Positions 9,223 through 19,077 of a stretch of DNA of 62,718 bases are shown piece by piece. The DNA is taken from positions 1 to 62,718 of the forward strand of contig JBBKXI010000212.1 of the NCBI GenBank assembly GCA_037969415.1, in the 5' to 3' direction. The notes under the pieces were generated by a model that was given only the letters and a program-made list of their open reading frames with translations, made no database searches and had not been told where the DNA came from. The stretch is from Acidimicrobiia bacterium (lineage in GTDB: Bacteria > Actinomycetota > Acidimicrobiia > Spongiisociales > ZC4RG35). Within the stretch, counting starts at the first letter, position 1. Each line of letters begins with the position of its first letter. The position numbers and the translations under genes are program-made.

Positions 9223-10398
9223 CTAGACGGGGTCTGGAACGCGCGAGGGTGGCTTTGTTTTTTCGATCCGGATGGATTCAATAGTCAGACCGAACAACAT
9301 CACGGCGACCACCAAGATAAGCAACACCAGACCGCTGATCGAAGCCGCGGCAAGGACAAAGCCCGCAATGGCGAGGGTCCCCACAATCCGTTCGACGGCT
9401 ATCACCCCGAAAGCACGCCACACCGCCAGGGAAATGCCACTCGCGACGAGAAGAAGACCGCCGGCAAGCATCGCTCGGAAATTTAGTCCTAACCGGTCGA
9501 GCGGATGAAACGCGATGACTTCGAGTGCTGCGGCCGACAGCATTATTCCGCCGACTATGGGAGCGTGTGCCCAGGAGTAGACGTCGCGGACGTAGCGGCC
9601 CCGATCTCGTGCCTCCTCCAACTTCGAGCCGCGATGTTCCAAACCCGGACCGGGTAGATCGAAATAGCTCCACCAGAGAAGGCATGCGAATACGCCAGCC
9701 GCGACCAAGGCGCTTACCGTCGCAACAGGAAGACTTCCATTCTCTCGAAGGGCACCGGCGACGGGGATGCCAATTGCCACAATCACTTCCCCCAGAGCGA
9801 TGATCACCAGTAGTGCGTGTCGTTCCGACATGTGGCCGATACGTATGAGCCACTCACTTCTCCCGGCCCAGACCATGGCCGCAAACACCAGGGCGAGAGT
9901 GAGGCCCCAAAGGGCGAGGCGGGCGGTCCCTTCGACGAGTCCACCCGCGATCAATACTGCGACGGATAATACGTTGGGTGTGACCCAGCGAACTACTGCA
10001 GATCTCATAGCGGTTCCTCGTGACGAGCCGAGGCCTTGGATAAAGAATCCCAGAATCACGATTCCGCTGAGCGCGAGCGCGAAAACGAGACCGCCGCCTT
10101 CCAACGCCGTGGATGTTGCTGCCGCCATCGGAATGCTGAGCACTGTCGCAACCAAGAAAATGACCCGGATCTGTCGGCCATTACCGGAAACGGCGTTTGC
10201 AGCCCATGTGAGCTGTTGCCAGGGCAACCAAAGGAGTCCGAAGAGCAGCGCTGCCCTGCCCACACCGTTCCATGTCGGATCAGTGACCAATATCGACACC
10301 AGTTGCGAGAAGGCGAAAACATAGGCGAGGTCGAAGAAGAGCTCGACAGGGTCGGCGGTGAAATCTTCGGTCGGTGCTGGGAGCTCGATACCTCGCAT
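9223..10398 (-). CDS. LtrA (low temperature requirement A)-family membrane protein
   Basis: 391 aa, polytopic, with the N-terminal ELFFDLAYVFAFSQL signature. Confidence 0.8.
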   Translation of the reverse strand: MRGIELPAPTEDFTADPVELFFDLAYVFAFSQLVSILVTDPTWNGVGRAALLFGLLWLPWQQLTWAANAVSGNGRQIRVIFLVATVLSIPMAAATSTALEGGGLVFALALSGIVILGFFIQGLGSSRGTAMRSAVVRWVTPNVLSVAVLIAGGLVEGTARLALWGLTLALVFAAMVWAGRSEWLIRIGHMSERHALLVIIALGEVIVAIGIPVAGALRENGSLPVATVSALVAAGVFACLLWWSYFDLPGPGLEHRGSKLEEARDRGRYVRDVYSWAHAPIVGGIMLSAAALEVIAFHPLDRLGLNFRAMLAGGLLLVASGISLAVWRAFGVIAVERIVGTLAIAGFVLAAASISGLVLLILVVAVMLFGLTIESIRIEKTKPPSRVPDPV

Positions 10399-10531
10399 GA
10401 TCGAAGGTTACGCCGGCTGCGAGAGAGTGACCAAGCGCCCCCGTCGATGGGACCTTTGGCTCTCGAATTCGCCATTTCGATCAGGCAGGATTGGCCCTAT
10501 AAAAGAAGTTTTCCACCGATAGGAGCAAAAG

Positions 10532-11071
10532 ATGACCGCCATAGTCGATAGAGAAACGATTTCTACAACAGAAGCCCCCGTTTTCAAGAGAAGTTCAATT
10601 CTTCTGATTGCCGGGATTCTTGCAATGGTTGTTGGGTTTGGTTCGATGGCTGGTGGCGCCGTTGGCGCCTGGTACACATGGGACCAAGCGGCGGCGCAGG
10701 ATATTGTCACGCCGGATGACGCGGTAATCCCTGAAACCCCGGTACGCGGCCCGTTCACGATGTGGGCGCAATCAGACATCATTACCCACCACCAACTCGA
10801 CGCCACCGAGGGTTTGTATTTTTCCCAGATGGATCGGGTAGTCCCCCAGATCGATGACAGCGGCAGCGTGGTTCTCGACGAGAACGGCGAGGCAGTCATG
10901 GTTCCGAATGAGGCGAGAGCAAGCTGGATCAACGCTACGGCACTGACCACAGTTCTGAACCTCGGTGTCATGGCATACGCCCTTGCAGCCTTCGCCTTTG
11001 TGGTTGGCCTAACCCTGGTATTCACCGGGTACGTCTTCCTTCACATCAGGCGGACGGCAGTGATCCTCTAG
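10532..11071 (+). CDS. Hypothetical membrane protein (2 TM, large extracytoplasmic loop)
   Basis: 179 aa with hydrophobic segments near both ends, an AGGAG RBS, and a terminator hairpin downstream. Confidence 0.6.
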   Translation: MTAIVDRETISTTEAPVFKRSSILLIAGILAMVVGFGSMAGGAVGAWYTWDQAAAQDIVTPDDAVIPETPVRGPFTMWAQSDIITHHQLDATEGLYFSQMDRVVPQIDDSGSVVLDENGEAVMVPNEARASWINATALTTVLNLGVMAYALAAFAFVVGLTLVFTGYVFLHIRRTAVIL

Positions 11072-11094
11072 GACCAACTGCTAGCGCACGGAAA

Positions 11095-11120
11095 GCCGGA
11101 CCTTCGGGTCCGGCTGTTCC
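11095..11120 (+). terminator. Intrinsic terminator hairpin
   Basis: GCCGGACC-ttcg-GGTCCGGC followed by tgttcc, 24 nt after the stop of the 10532-11071 ORF. Confidence 0.5.
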
Positions 11121-11188
11121 TATGTCACCACGGACTTCACTTTTCATCGGACAGTCCCGAATTCCGCCCACGATGACGCGTTGAGTGG

Positions 11189-11770
11189 ATGTTGAGCATC
11201 AACTTGTACGTTGTTCCGATGAGTGAAATAGTTGGTTCAAAGGCACGGCTTTTCGAACAGATCAAGTGGGCCCGACGCCTTGTTTCGGCGTCGCTTCTTT
11301 TTCTCGTTGTGTCGGGATGCGGCGGCGACGGATCTGGAACTTCATCAACAGCCGACGAGCCGACATCCACAATTGCCACCAACCCCGAATCTGAGACGAC
11401 GGCCCCAACAGAGACCGACAGCACCCAGCCGTCAACCGGACAGCACGAAGGGGAAGGCGAAGGCACGGAATTCTGTGAATGGATACTGGGCAATGTTGAC
11501 GACGACACCGACTTCTCCGATCCTGTCGCCACGGAAGAGTCGATGACCCGAAATCTGGCCGAGGCAGGAGAATTTCGATCGAAAGTTCCCAATGCGATTG
11601 CCGCAGACTTTGAAGTCGTTTTCCAGCTGATGGTTGCCACTGAAGGCGTCTTCGCCGAGAACGGCTACGACCTCTTCAGCATCCCTGACGGCGTCCTCGA
11701 GGAGTTAGGCACTGACGAGATGGCGGAAGCCTCGTCGAACATATCCGACTATTGCGGGGCCGGTCTATGA
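11189..11770 (+). CDS. Putative lipoprotein, unknown function
   Basis: Lipobox LVVSGCGG, followed by a Ser/Thr/Pro/Glu-rich linker and a globular C-terminus. Confidence 0.6.
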   Translation: MLSINLYVVPMSEIVGSKARLFEQIKWARRLVSASLLFLVVSGCGGDGSGTSSTADEPTSTIATNPESETTAPTETDSTQPSTGQHEGEGEGTEFCEWILGNVDDDTDFSDPVATEESMTRNLAEAGEFRSKVPNAIAADFEVVFQLMVATEGVFAENGYDLFSIPDGVLEELGTDEMAEASSNISDYCGAGL

Positions 11771-11941
11771 ACTCCTCGACGACACAATCCCGCGAGCTCC
11801 ATGTCGAACCGTAAAACACCAGAGACAGTGACCGTCGCTGGCGTTGAGCGTGTGTTTAGCGGCCCCGGTTACGTTTGACCTTCGGGTATCTGGACTGGGG
11901 CAAACCCGTCGGCGTGCTACCTGATCGAGAGAGGGATTGAA

Positions 11942-12610
11942 ATGCGTTTGAAAGCGATGGTCTTACTGGGAGTTCTAGCGCTCGTTGCCGCAGCTTGCGG
12001 AGGGGGCGATGGTGCTGAACCTGCTGACGAAGGGGCGGCCACCACCGTCACTTCACCGGATTCAGAAACCGAAAATCCGCCGACGGAAGAACCCTCACCC
12101 GAGGAACCGGCCGAAACCCCATCGGGCCCTTCGGGCTCTGGCGAAGTGACGGTCGACGGTGAGACATTCCAAATCAACGAGGTGCGTCGTTGTGAGCCGT
12201 TTGACTTCTACGACGAGAACAACCCCAACGATCTGGATGTTGTTGCCGGTACCGCAGAAGGCGTGTACTTAAGTCTTGTAATCTCCAACTCCACTGGGTA
12301 CACCGCCGGCGGCCAAGACAATTACGAGCAGCAGTACCACGAGCTGCGGATCAACCGATTCGGCGATGATGGCCAGGAACAATTTGTCGCGACCGCTTCT
12401 CATGACATCGACAATGTCTGGTATCTCCCGTTCAGCGGCATATCTGGTGGTACCGAAGAAGGGGTGATGCTCGGTGGTCCACCGTTTGTCCGTGATGGCG
12501 ACAGTATCAGCGGCGCAATGGTGATTACCAAGGACTGGCCTGAGGAAGATGGGACCACTCTGGACGTCACATTCAACTTCGACTTCCCATCTGAGATAAC
12601 CGGGTGTTGA
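11942..12610 (+). CDS. Putative lipoprotein, unknown function
   Basis: Signal peptide plus lipobox LVAAACGG, an acidic low-complexity linker, and a GAGAGGG RBS. Confidence 0.65.
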   Translation: MRLKAMVLLGVLALVAAACGGGDGAEPADEGAATTVTSPDSETENPPTEEPSPEEPAETPSGPSGSGEVTVDGETFQINEVRRCEPFDFYDENNPNDLDVVAGTAEGVYLSLVISNSTGYTAGGQDNYEQQYHELRINRFGDDGQEQFVATASHDIDNVWYLPFSGISGGTEEGVMLGGPPFVRDGDSISGAMVITKDWPEEDGTTLDVTFNFDFPSEITGC

Positions 12611-12970
12611 TCAGCTGAATACGATTTCGATCATCGGGGCTTTCTCAACGAGTCGTTCCAATTGGGCCTGTGTGGCGTACCAGATTGCCGAAGGGCCGGT
12701 GAAGAATTGACGACGGAAGCCGGGATCGGTTATCTCATCGGCCGTTGCGGCTAAATCCCTGCCGTCAACGTGGACGATCAGGGTTGGATCAGCTTTCAGA
12801 TTCGCCAGCCAGTCGCGCCTCCCCGGTGTGCCGCTGATTATGAATCTCCCGTCAACACGGAACCACCAGATCTCGAGCCGACGCGGCATCCCCGACTTCC
12901 GCCCGATCGTTGTGATGTCAACCGTACGGATTGAAGCAATTCGGTCGAGGTCCGGCGGAGTGAGTGGCAT
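12611..12970 (-). CDS. Deazaflavin (F420H2)-dependent nitroreductase/quinone reductase family (DUF385/Ddn-like)
   Basis: 119 aa with TTIGRKSGMPRRLEIWWFRVDGRFIISG...RDWLANLKADP. Confidence 0.8.
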   Translation of the reverse strand: MPLTPPDLDRIASIRTVDITTIGRKSGMPRRLEIWWFRVDGRFIISGTPGRRDWLANLKADPTLIVHVDGRDLAATADEITDPGFRRQFFTGPSAIWYATQAQLERLVEKAPMIEIVFS

Positions 12971-13051
12971 AAGTCAACCGTAGAACCTCAACTGCAGTTG
13001 AAGTCAAGGTCACACCACTCCCTCACCGTTGGGACGTGGAACGATGTCGAG

Positions 13052-13714
13052 CTAATCCCGATGAAACCGTTGGAGAAGCCGTCTGACCTCGAGGGTCGAC
13101 ACCTGCGGGAAACTTCGGTACCAGACGCCAACTGCCACAAATCGCTCGGGGACGAGAAGGCAGGCGACCTCGTCGGCAATTCGCCCAATCTCAGCGAGGG
13201 TGTCCCGGGGCGCTACCGGCACCGCCGCAATCACCGAAGCGGGCTTCAGCATTCGTACTGCTTCGATGGCCGCCTTCATCGTCGATCCAGTAGCCAACCC
13301 ATCGTCGACCAGCACAACATTGCTGTCGGCGATCGTGACCATCGGGCGATCGCCGCGAAACTCTGCTTCCAGGGCTTGCAACTCTGCCCTTGCCCGCTCA
13401 ACACCGCTGGTGAAGGACAAATCGTCAACCACCCCTTCTTCCACGACAGACAGGTTGCGGATTACAACGCCACCTGAAGCCATCGCTCCCATTGCTAGCT
13501 GTTGCTGGCCTGGGAAACCGATCTTCCGAACCACCATGACATCGAGGGGCGCGCCGAACCGTTCGGCCACCCTGGCGGCAACAGGAACGCCGCCTCGTGG
13601 GAGTCCGAGAACCACGACATCTACAAGGTGGGAAAAGCGGAACCATAGATCCCCTGCGAGCTGGGCTCCTGCCTCGCTCCGATTCTGAAATCCTCTGGAA
13701 GATGTTCGGGTCAC
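13052..13714 (-). CDS. Phosphoribosyltransferase-family protein
   Basis: VVLGLPRGGVPVA and the PRPP-binding motif VVLVDDGLATGSTM. Confidence 0.85.
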   Translation of the reverse strand: MTRTSSRGFQNRSEAGAQLAGDLWFRFSHLVDVVVLGLPRGGVPVAARVAERFGAPLDVMVVRKIGFPGQQQLAMGAMASGGVVIRNLSVVEEGVVDDLSFTSGVERARAELQALEAEFRGDRPMVTIADSNVVLVDDGLATGSTMKAAIEAVRMLKPASVIAAVPVAPRDTLAEIGRIADEVACLLVPERFVAVGVWYRSFPQVSTLEVRRLLQRFHRD

Positions 13715-13773
13715 AACCCAGATTGTCGCGGAACTGCACGTAGGCGGGGAGCGGACCTCATTAGTGTGCGCGT

Positions 13774-15555
13774 GTGGATGGAGCCATATTCCAAGTTACG
13801 GCGGTTGTTGCCATTGCGGTTGGTGCAAGCTGGGCCGCCTCGCGTCTGCGGATTCCGTCGATCGTCCTCTTGCTAACCGTAGGAGTAATCGTTGGCGCTG
13901 GCCTGGGCATCCTCGACCCCGATGCCACTTTCGGGCGATTGCTATCGCCATTTGTGTCAATGGCGGTCGGGCTGATTCTCTTCGAAGGTGGGCTCAGCCT
14001 TCGGTTCCGCGACATCAAGGGCAATCATCGAATCGTATGGCTCCTGGTATCGGTGGGCGTGGTGATCACGTGGGTTCTGGGCGCCATCTCATTTGAGGTC
14101 TTTGTGGGCGTTCCCCGACCGATCGCGGTTTTGCTCGGCGCCATTCTCGTAGTTTCCGGGCCGACAGTCATAGGACCGATTCTCCGCACCGTCCGTCCGT
14201 CGGGGGGAGTTAGTTCAGTTCTGAAATGGGAGAGCATTGTCATTGACCCAATCGGGGCAGGCCTGGCGGTCCTGGTCGCGGAGTTCATTTTGGCTTCGGA
14301 CGAATCTCAGATCGGGATTTTTTCTCAGGTAGCAACCTTCGCAGGAGCAGGAATTCTGGTCGGCTTGCTGGTCGCGGTTCCGACAACATTCGCGATTCGG
14401 CGTCATCTGATCCCGGAGCGACTGGTGCCTCTGGTTGGCCTGGGGGCAGCGATGGTTGCCTTTGCCGGTGCTGACGCCATCATCTCTGAGTCGGGACTGT
14501 TAGCCACCACGGTTCTCGGGCTTTCGCTAGCCAACAATCCCCGCCTCCGGACGGAGCCAATAGTCGAGTTCTCCGAAGTCATCCAAGTCCTTTTAGTCGG
14601 GGTTCTCTTTGTGCTTCTCAGCGCCCGGCTCACGCGGGAGCAACTGGGATCGATATCACTGGGCGTCGTAGGAGTCATTCTCGTGCTGGGTTTGGTCGCC
14701 CGTCCGCTCGGAGTAGCTGTTTCAACCTGGGGGACGAAAATGCCCCGTTCCGAAAGGATACTTCTCGCCGGGGTCGCACCCCGAGGAATAGTGGCGGCCG
14801 CAGTGGCCTCCGTATTTGCCCTCGATCTCGAGGAGGCCGGGGTCGAGGGTGCCGAACTGCTAACGCCACTTGCGTTCGCGGTCATCGTGGCAACCGTGCT
14901 CATCTACGGATTCGGGGCCGGTCCCCTGGCGCGTCGCCTCGGATTAGCCGACAAATCGAACCAGGGTGTCCTCATTGTCGGAGCAGGCCCGGTGGAGCGT
15001 GAAATTGGTCGCGCCCTCGGCGAAGCGGATGTTCCGGTGGTCTTCGCATCGACCAACCGGCGGGACGAGTCGGGATTGAGGATGCAGGGATACCGAACGT
15101 ACTACGGCAATCTTGTGGAAAAGGAAATACCAAACGATCTCGACCTTTCCGGAATCGGGCGGCTGTTCGCCTTGACTCCCAACGACGAGGTCAACACACT
15201 TTCGGCTCGTCGGTTCACCGAGCTCTTCGGCTCTGGGGAGACTTATCAGCTTGCTCCGCAGTCGCTGGGTCCCGGCATCGGCCGCACTGTGGCCGACATT
15301 GGCGGGCGTCGTCTGTTCAATGACGATCTCACTTACGGCGAGTTGGACCGTCGATTCCGCAGTGGGGAGAGAGTGCGGCGCACCAGCCTGGGCAAAGCCT
15401 TCACCGGCGAAAACTTCAAGGAGGCCCTTGGTGATGGTGGACAGGTTCTTTTTGTCATCAAACCGGACCGGCTACTAGTCGAGGCCGACGGTGGCGGCCC
15501 AATTGCCAACCGGGCTAGTGCTGGTGACACCATCTTGTGGCTCCCCGCCGAGTAG
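13774..15555 (+). CDS. Cation:proton antiporter (CPA1-like) with C-terminal cytoplasmic regulatory domain
   Basis: 593 aa with about 11 TM segments, then VLIVGAGPVEREIGRAL (Rossmann/TrkA-N like). GTG start. Confidence 0.85.
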   Translation: MDGAIFQVTAVVAIAVGASWAASRLRIPSIVLLLTVGVIVGAGLGILDPDATFGRLLSPFVSMAVGLILFEGGLSLRFRDIKGNHRIVWLLVSVGVVITWVLGAISFEVFVGVPRPIAVLLGAILVVSGPTVIGPILRTVRPSGGVSSVLKWESIVIDPIGAGLAVLVAEFILASDESQIGIFSQVATFAGAGILVGLLVAVPTTFAIRRHLIPERLVPLVGLGAAMVAFAGADAIISESGLLATTVLGLSLANNPRLRTEPIVEFSEVIQVLLVGVLFVLLSARLTREQLGSISLGVVGVILVLGLVARPLGVAVSTWGTKMPRSERILLAGVAPRGIVAAAVASVFALDLEEAGVEGAELLTPLAFAVIVATVLIYGFGAGPLARRLGLADKSNQGVLIVGAGPVEREIGRALGEADVPVVFASTNRRDESGLRMQGYRTYYGNLVEKEIPNDLDLSGIGRLFALTPNDEVNTLSARRFTELFGSGETYQLAPQSLGPGIGRTVADIGGRRLFNDDLTYGELDRRFRSGERVRRTSLGKAFTGENFKEALGDGGQVLFVIKPDRLLVEADGGGPIANRASAGDTILWLPAE

Positions 15556-15657
15556 TGAGGCCGTATTAATGGGGTTTTGCACTGCGGACCGGGTCTTCTC
15601 TCGTTTCCCGATCAGCCGGTCAACCCGTTGCTGAACTAGGGGCTGTGGCGATCGACG

Positions 15658-16121
15658 TCAAATAAGTTCGAGCCAGTAGACGCCGAGGGAGAAGCCGGGA
15701 GCCACCTCCTGCATCTTTTCTAGTTTGGCCCCCATGGCCTCGTAGAAACCGATGGCACCCGGATCGGACATAGTTAGCATTCGATCGGCTTGGGCCGAAG
15801 CCGCTGTGACACAGTGTTCCCACATCCTTCGCCCGTAGCCATGCCCGATCAGGTCGACTCTTTGGAACATCCGAATAAGTTCGAGGTGTGTACTCCGCGA
15901 TCGCGTAGGTCATAGAAGGCGATGACATCACCATTCTCCTCGATGACATTGATTGTGGCGTCGCCAAAGCTTTCGTCTTCAGATAGGGCGGTAACCAGCC
16001 CCTGGTAAACCTCGGGATGGTTCACATCGTGTCCCCAGTGTCGAACTCCTGCGAGAGTCATTTCGTTCAACAGATCGGACTCATCGGCGCGCGCTGGTCG
16101 AAAGCGGTCATGATCAGTCAT
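15658..16121 (-). pseudogene. GNAT N-acetyltransferase interrupted by a frameshift
   Basis: Two ORFs (15849-16121 and 15658-15870) lie in different frames. Joined they read ...VIAFYDLRDRGVH(T)LELIRMFQRVDLIGHGYGRRMWEH..., a GNAT core. This is consistent with a 1-nt loss near 15885-15887 in a short G run (C on the coding strand). Confidence 0.6.
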
Positions 16122-16257
16122 TGATCCTCACATTTATCCACCTGGCGTTTGGTGGACATTGGGGCGTCTGTGGACAAACGATAGATGAGAAGGCGATCGC
16201 CGCGTATCTAATGCCCCCGACGCAGCTGCGAACCCGATGCAACTCGAAGGGTTGCCG

Positions 16258-16332
16258 TGGGCCCAGGAAGACTTGAACTTCCGACCTCATCCTTATCAGG
16301 GATGCGCTCTAACCGGGCTGAGCTATGGGCCC
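16258..16332 (-). tRNA. tRNA-Ile (anticodon GAU)
   Basis: Cloverleaf folded by hand: GGGCCCA acceptor, anticodon loop CTGATAA, T-loop TTCAAGT. No encoded CCA. Confidence 0.9.
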
Positions 16333-16465
16333 ATCGACCAAAGGTCGGGATGCGAGATTATATCGCCGCACCCCGGCTGACCTGAAGTCGAATCGTTCAG
16401 CTTGCGCATTCTCCCCGAGGTTGGCGCCACTATTGGCGTGCTGTTCCGTCGGAAGTGAGGAGATG

Positions 16466-18766
16466 CTAGACGAGCGCCCAATCGAGGACCTGGCCCATGT
16501 TGTCGGCGATATGGAAGGTCATCACCTCGCGAATAGCCTCAGGTACGTCATCGATGTCGGCCTCATTGCGTCGAGGGATGATCACTTCGGTGAGACCGGC
16601 ACGATGTGCCGCTAGGACTTTCTGCTTGAGACCGCCGATCGGCAGTACCTTCCCCTGGAGGGTCACTTCGCCGGTCATGCCTATTTCGCCCCGTACCTTG
16701 CGACCTGTCATCAACGAAGCAAGGGCAGTCGTCATCGTGATTCCGGCTGATGGACCATCCTTCGGAACGGCACCCGCAGGAACGTGCACATGGAAACTGC
16801 GATCGATCTGGTCGTCGTCGATACCGAGTTCGTCAGCGCGGGACTCCAGATAGCTCAAGGCAATCCGAGCCGATTCTTTCATCACGTCTCCAAGTTGGCC
16901 GGTGAGAACGAGGTCGCGCTTGCCTTGTTTGGAAGTCGCTTCGATAAACAGGACGTCACCACCCGCCCCGGTGACGGCGAGTCCGGTTGCAACGCCGGGA
17001 ACGTCGGTCCGGTCCTTGGCCTCATCTTTCCAAACCTTTGGCTTACCCAGGTACTCAGAAACGGATTCATCGTCGACCACGATGTGGGTTTCTTCTGCGC
17101 TGCGGGCAACTTCAGTTGCAACTTTGCGGGCAAGCTTGCCGAGTTGTCGTTCCAGGTTTCGCACTCCGGCTTCCCGGGTGTAGCGGTCGACCACGATTGC
17201 CAGGGCATCTTCGGTGACCTCCAACTCCTCAGGTTCGAGTCCGGCACCACGGAGCTGTCGGGGAAGCAAATGGTCCCTGGCGATGTCGACTTTCTCCGCA
17301 TCGGTGTAGCCGTCGATCGATATCACTTCTGTCCGGTCAAGCAGGGGCGCTGGAATCGTCTCCAACACGTTCGCCGTGGCGATGAAGAGAACGTTGGACA
17401 GGTCGAGGTCGGTCTCCAGATAGTGGTCACGGAAGGTGTGGTTTTGGGCAGGATCGAGTACTTCGAGAAGGGCAGATGAAGGGTCTCCTCGCCAATCGTT
17501 TCCAACCTTGTCCATCTCATCGAGGAGGAAGACCGGATTCATCGATTCGGACTCGATCAGAGCCCTCACGATCCGACCGGGACGAGCACCCACGTAGGTA
17601 CGTCGGTGCCCTCTGATTTCGGCCTCATCCCTAACTCCACCCAACGCGACGCGAACGAATTTGCGCCCGAGGGCACGTGCAACCGACTCGCCCAACGACG
17701 TCTTACCCACCCCGGGTGGCCCGACGAGAAGCAAGATGGCCCCGGCGCGCCGGTCCTCTTCGCCCTCGATGCCCCGAGTCTTTCGTAGTTTCCTGACCGC
17801 GAGATGTTCGACGATTCGTTCTTTAACGTCGTGGAGGCCGGTGTGGTCGGCGTCGAGCACCGTCCATGCCTCATCGAGGTCGAGTTGGTCTTCTGTTTCG
17901 GATCCCCAGGGCACCTCGAACATGGTGTCGAGCCAGGTCCGGATCCAAGAGTGTTCGGGCGACTGCTCACTCATTCGTTCCAAACGGTCGATCTCGCGGT
18001 TGATCGCCTCAGTGATCTTTTCCGGCAGATCGAGGTCGGCAAGACGATTTCTGTAGTCGCCAGCGACATCGTCGTCGTCGCCAAGCTCCTTGCGGATGGC
18101 GTCCATCTGCTGGCGGAGGATGTAGTCGCGTTGACCCTTGTCAATCCGTTCGGTGGCGTCTTCGCGCACCTTCCGGCGCAGATTGAGATCGGCGAGCACC
18201 TCCCCCATCCAGTCGAGGAGGCGTCCGAGTCGTGCCCTCAAATCGAGGGTCTCGAGCACTTCCACCTTTTGCTCCAGCGACAGGTCGGGGGAGTAGACGG
18301 CGAGGTCGGCGAGTTGGGATGGGTTGTCGACTGCGAGAATCCGCTCAGCTACCCGGCCCACGCCGCGCAGGTCGAGGACTTCAGTGACCACAGCGCGATA
18401 CTCGGCGACCAGATCGTCGAGGGCCGGGTCGTTGATGACGTCGGCTTCCGAGATCGGCTCAGCCTCAACCCAGAGCGCCCCATTGTCATCGGTGGAACCG
18501 GTTCCGACACGGGCCCGAGAGACGCCGGAGACGACCACGTTGCCTTCGTCATCGGTATCCTGGATCTTTGCGATTGTTCCCACCGTGGCATAGCGACCAT
18601 CGAGGCGGGGCACGAGGATGAGTTGGTTGTCGTTGATTCTTGCCGCGGCGAGGGCAAGTTGTCCCTCCTCGGTCTCCATGCGGAGAGTGACCACCATGTG
18701 GGGAAAGACCACGCCATTGTTCAGAGGTAGCAAAGGCAATGTCAGTTGCGAAGTTTTTTCGGCCAT
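16466..18766 (-). CDS. lon: ATP-dependent Lon protease (endopeptidase La)
   Basis: 766 aa with Walker A GPPGVGKTS, the catalytic Ser context PKDGPSAGITMTTAL, and a Lon N-terminal domain. Confidence 0.95.
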   Translation of the reverse strand: MAEKTSQLTLPLLPLNNGVVFPHMVVTLRMETEEGQLALAAARINDNQLILVPRLDGRYATVGTIAKIQDTDDEGNVVVSGVSRARVGTGSTDDNGALWVEAEPISEADVINDPALDDLVAEYRAVVTEVLDLRGVGRVAERILAVDNPSQLADLAVYSPDLSLEQKVEVLETLDLRARLGRLLDWMGEVLADLNLRRKVREDATERIDKGQRDYILRQQMDAIRKELGDDDDVAGDYRNRLADLDLPEKITEAINREIDRLERMSEQSPEHSWIRTWLDTMFEVPWGSETEDQLDLDEAWTVLDADHTGLHDVKERIVEHLAVRKLRKTRGIEGEEDRRAGAILLLVGPPGVGKTSLGESVARALGRKFVRVALGGVRDEAEIRGHRRTYVGARPGRIVRALIESESMNPVFLLDEMDKVGNDWRGDPSSALLEVLDPAQNHTFRDHYLETDLDLSNVLFIATANVLETIPAPLLDRTEVISIDGYTDAEKVDIARDHLLPRQLRGAGLEPEELEVTEDALAIVVDRYTREAGVRNLERQLGKLARKVATEVARSAEETHIVVDDESVSEYLGKPKVWKDEAKDRTDVPGVATGLAVTGAGGDVLFIEATSKQGKRDLVLTGQLGDVMKESARIALSYLESRADELGIDDDQIDRSFHVHVPAGAVPKDGPSAGITMTTALASLMTGRKVRGEIGMTGEVTLQGKVLPIGGLKQKVLAAHRAGLTEVIIPRRNEADIDDVPEAIREVMTFHIADNMGQVLDWALV

Positions 18767-18785
18767 TTCGAGGTTCCAATCAAGA

Positions 18786-18806
18786 TCTGAGTCGTACAGA
18801 CTTAGA
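18786..18806 (-). promoter_or_regulatory. HAIR-like inverted repeat upstream of lon (candidate HspR operator)
   Basis: TCTGAGT-N7-ACTTAGA lies 20-40 nt upstream of the lon ATG. It resembles CTTGAGT-N7-ACTCAAG (6 of 7 self-complementary). Confidence 0.3.
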
Positions 18807-19077
18807 AAACATCTGCAGGCTGAACACTATTCCCACTCTGTGACTATCGGGCCACTGTCGGGATTCCATCAATCGCGGACAAAGCAATTCGGTCGACACT
18901 TCTGGCACACCATCGCTAGTTAAGGCATAGAACCTACGTAGCCCGAACCGGAACCGGCGGAGTCTCACCGCCATCGTCGGAACAATGCCGAATGTCCTAC
19001 AGAAGCTTTCGGGCTTACCGGGTCTTCGACAGAGGGCAGGGAACGCTAATCAGCATCCCTCTGTCGTCGATCCCCCC

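Noticed and set aside
8469-9281. 270-aa minus-strand ORF covering the PNPOx gene and the downstream spacer
   Set aside because: It is antisense to a clear PNPOx-family gene. Its composition is Arg/Ser/Pro-rich.
11845-11889. GGGTAT at about 11884 upstream of the lipoprotein gene as another SigB-type promoter
   Set aside because: GTTT words lie 5 and 24 nt upstream, not at the invariant 14-nt spacing seen in the other sites.
16784-18730. Long plus-strand ORFs (231 aa, 308 aa and others) antisense to lon
   Set aside because: Lon is unambiguous on the minus strand. The antisense ORFs have low-complexity composition and no start context.
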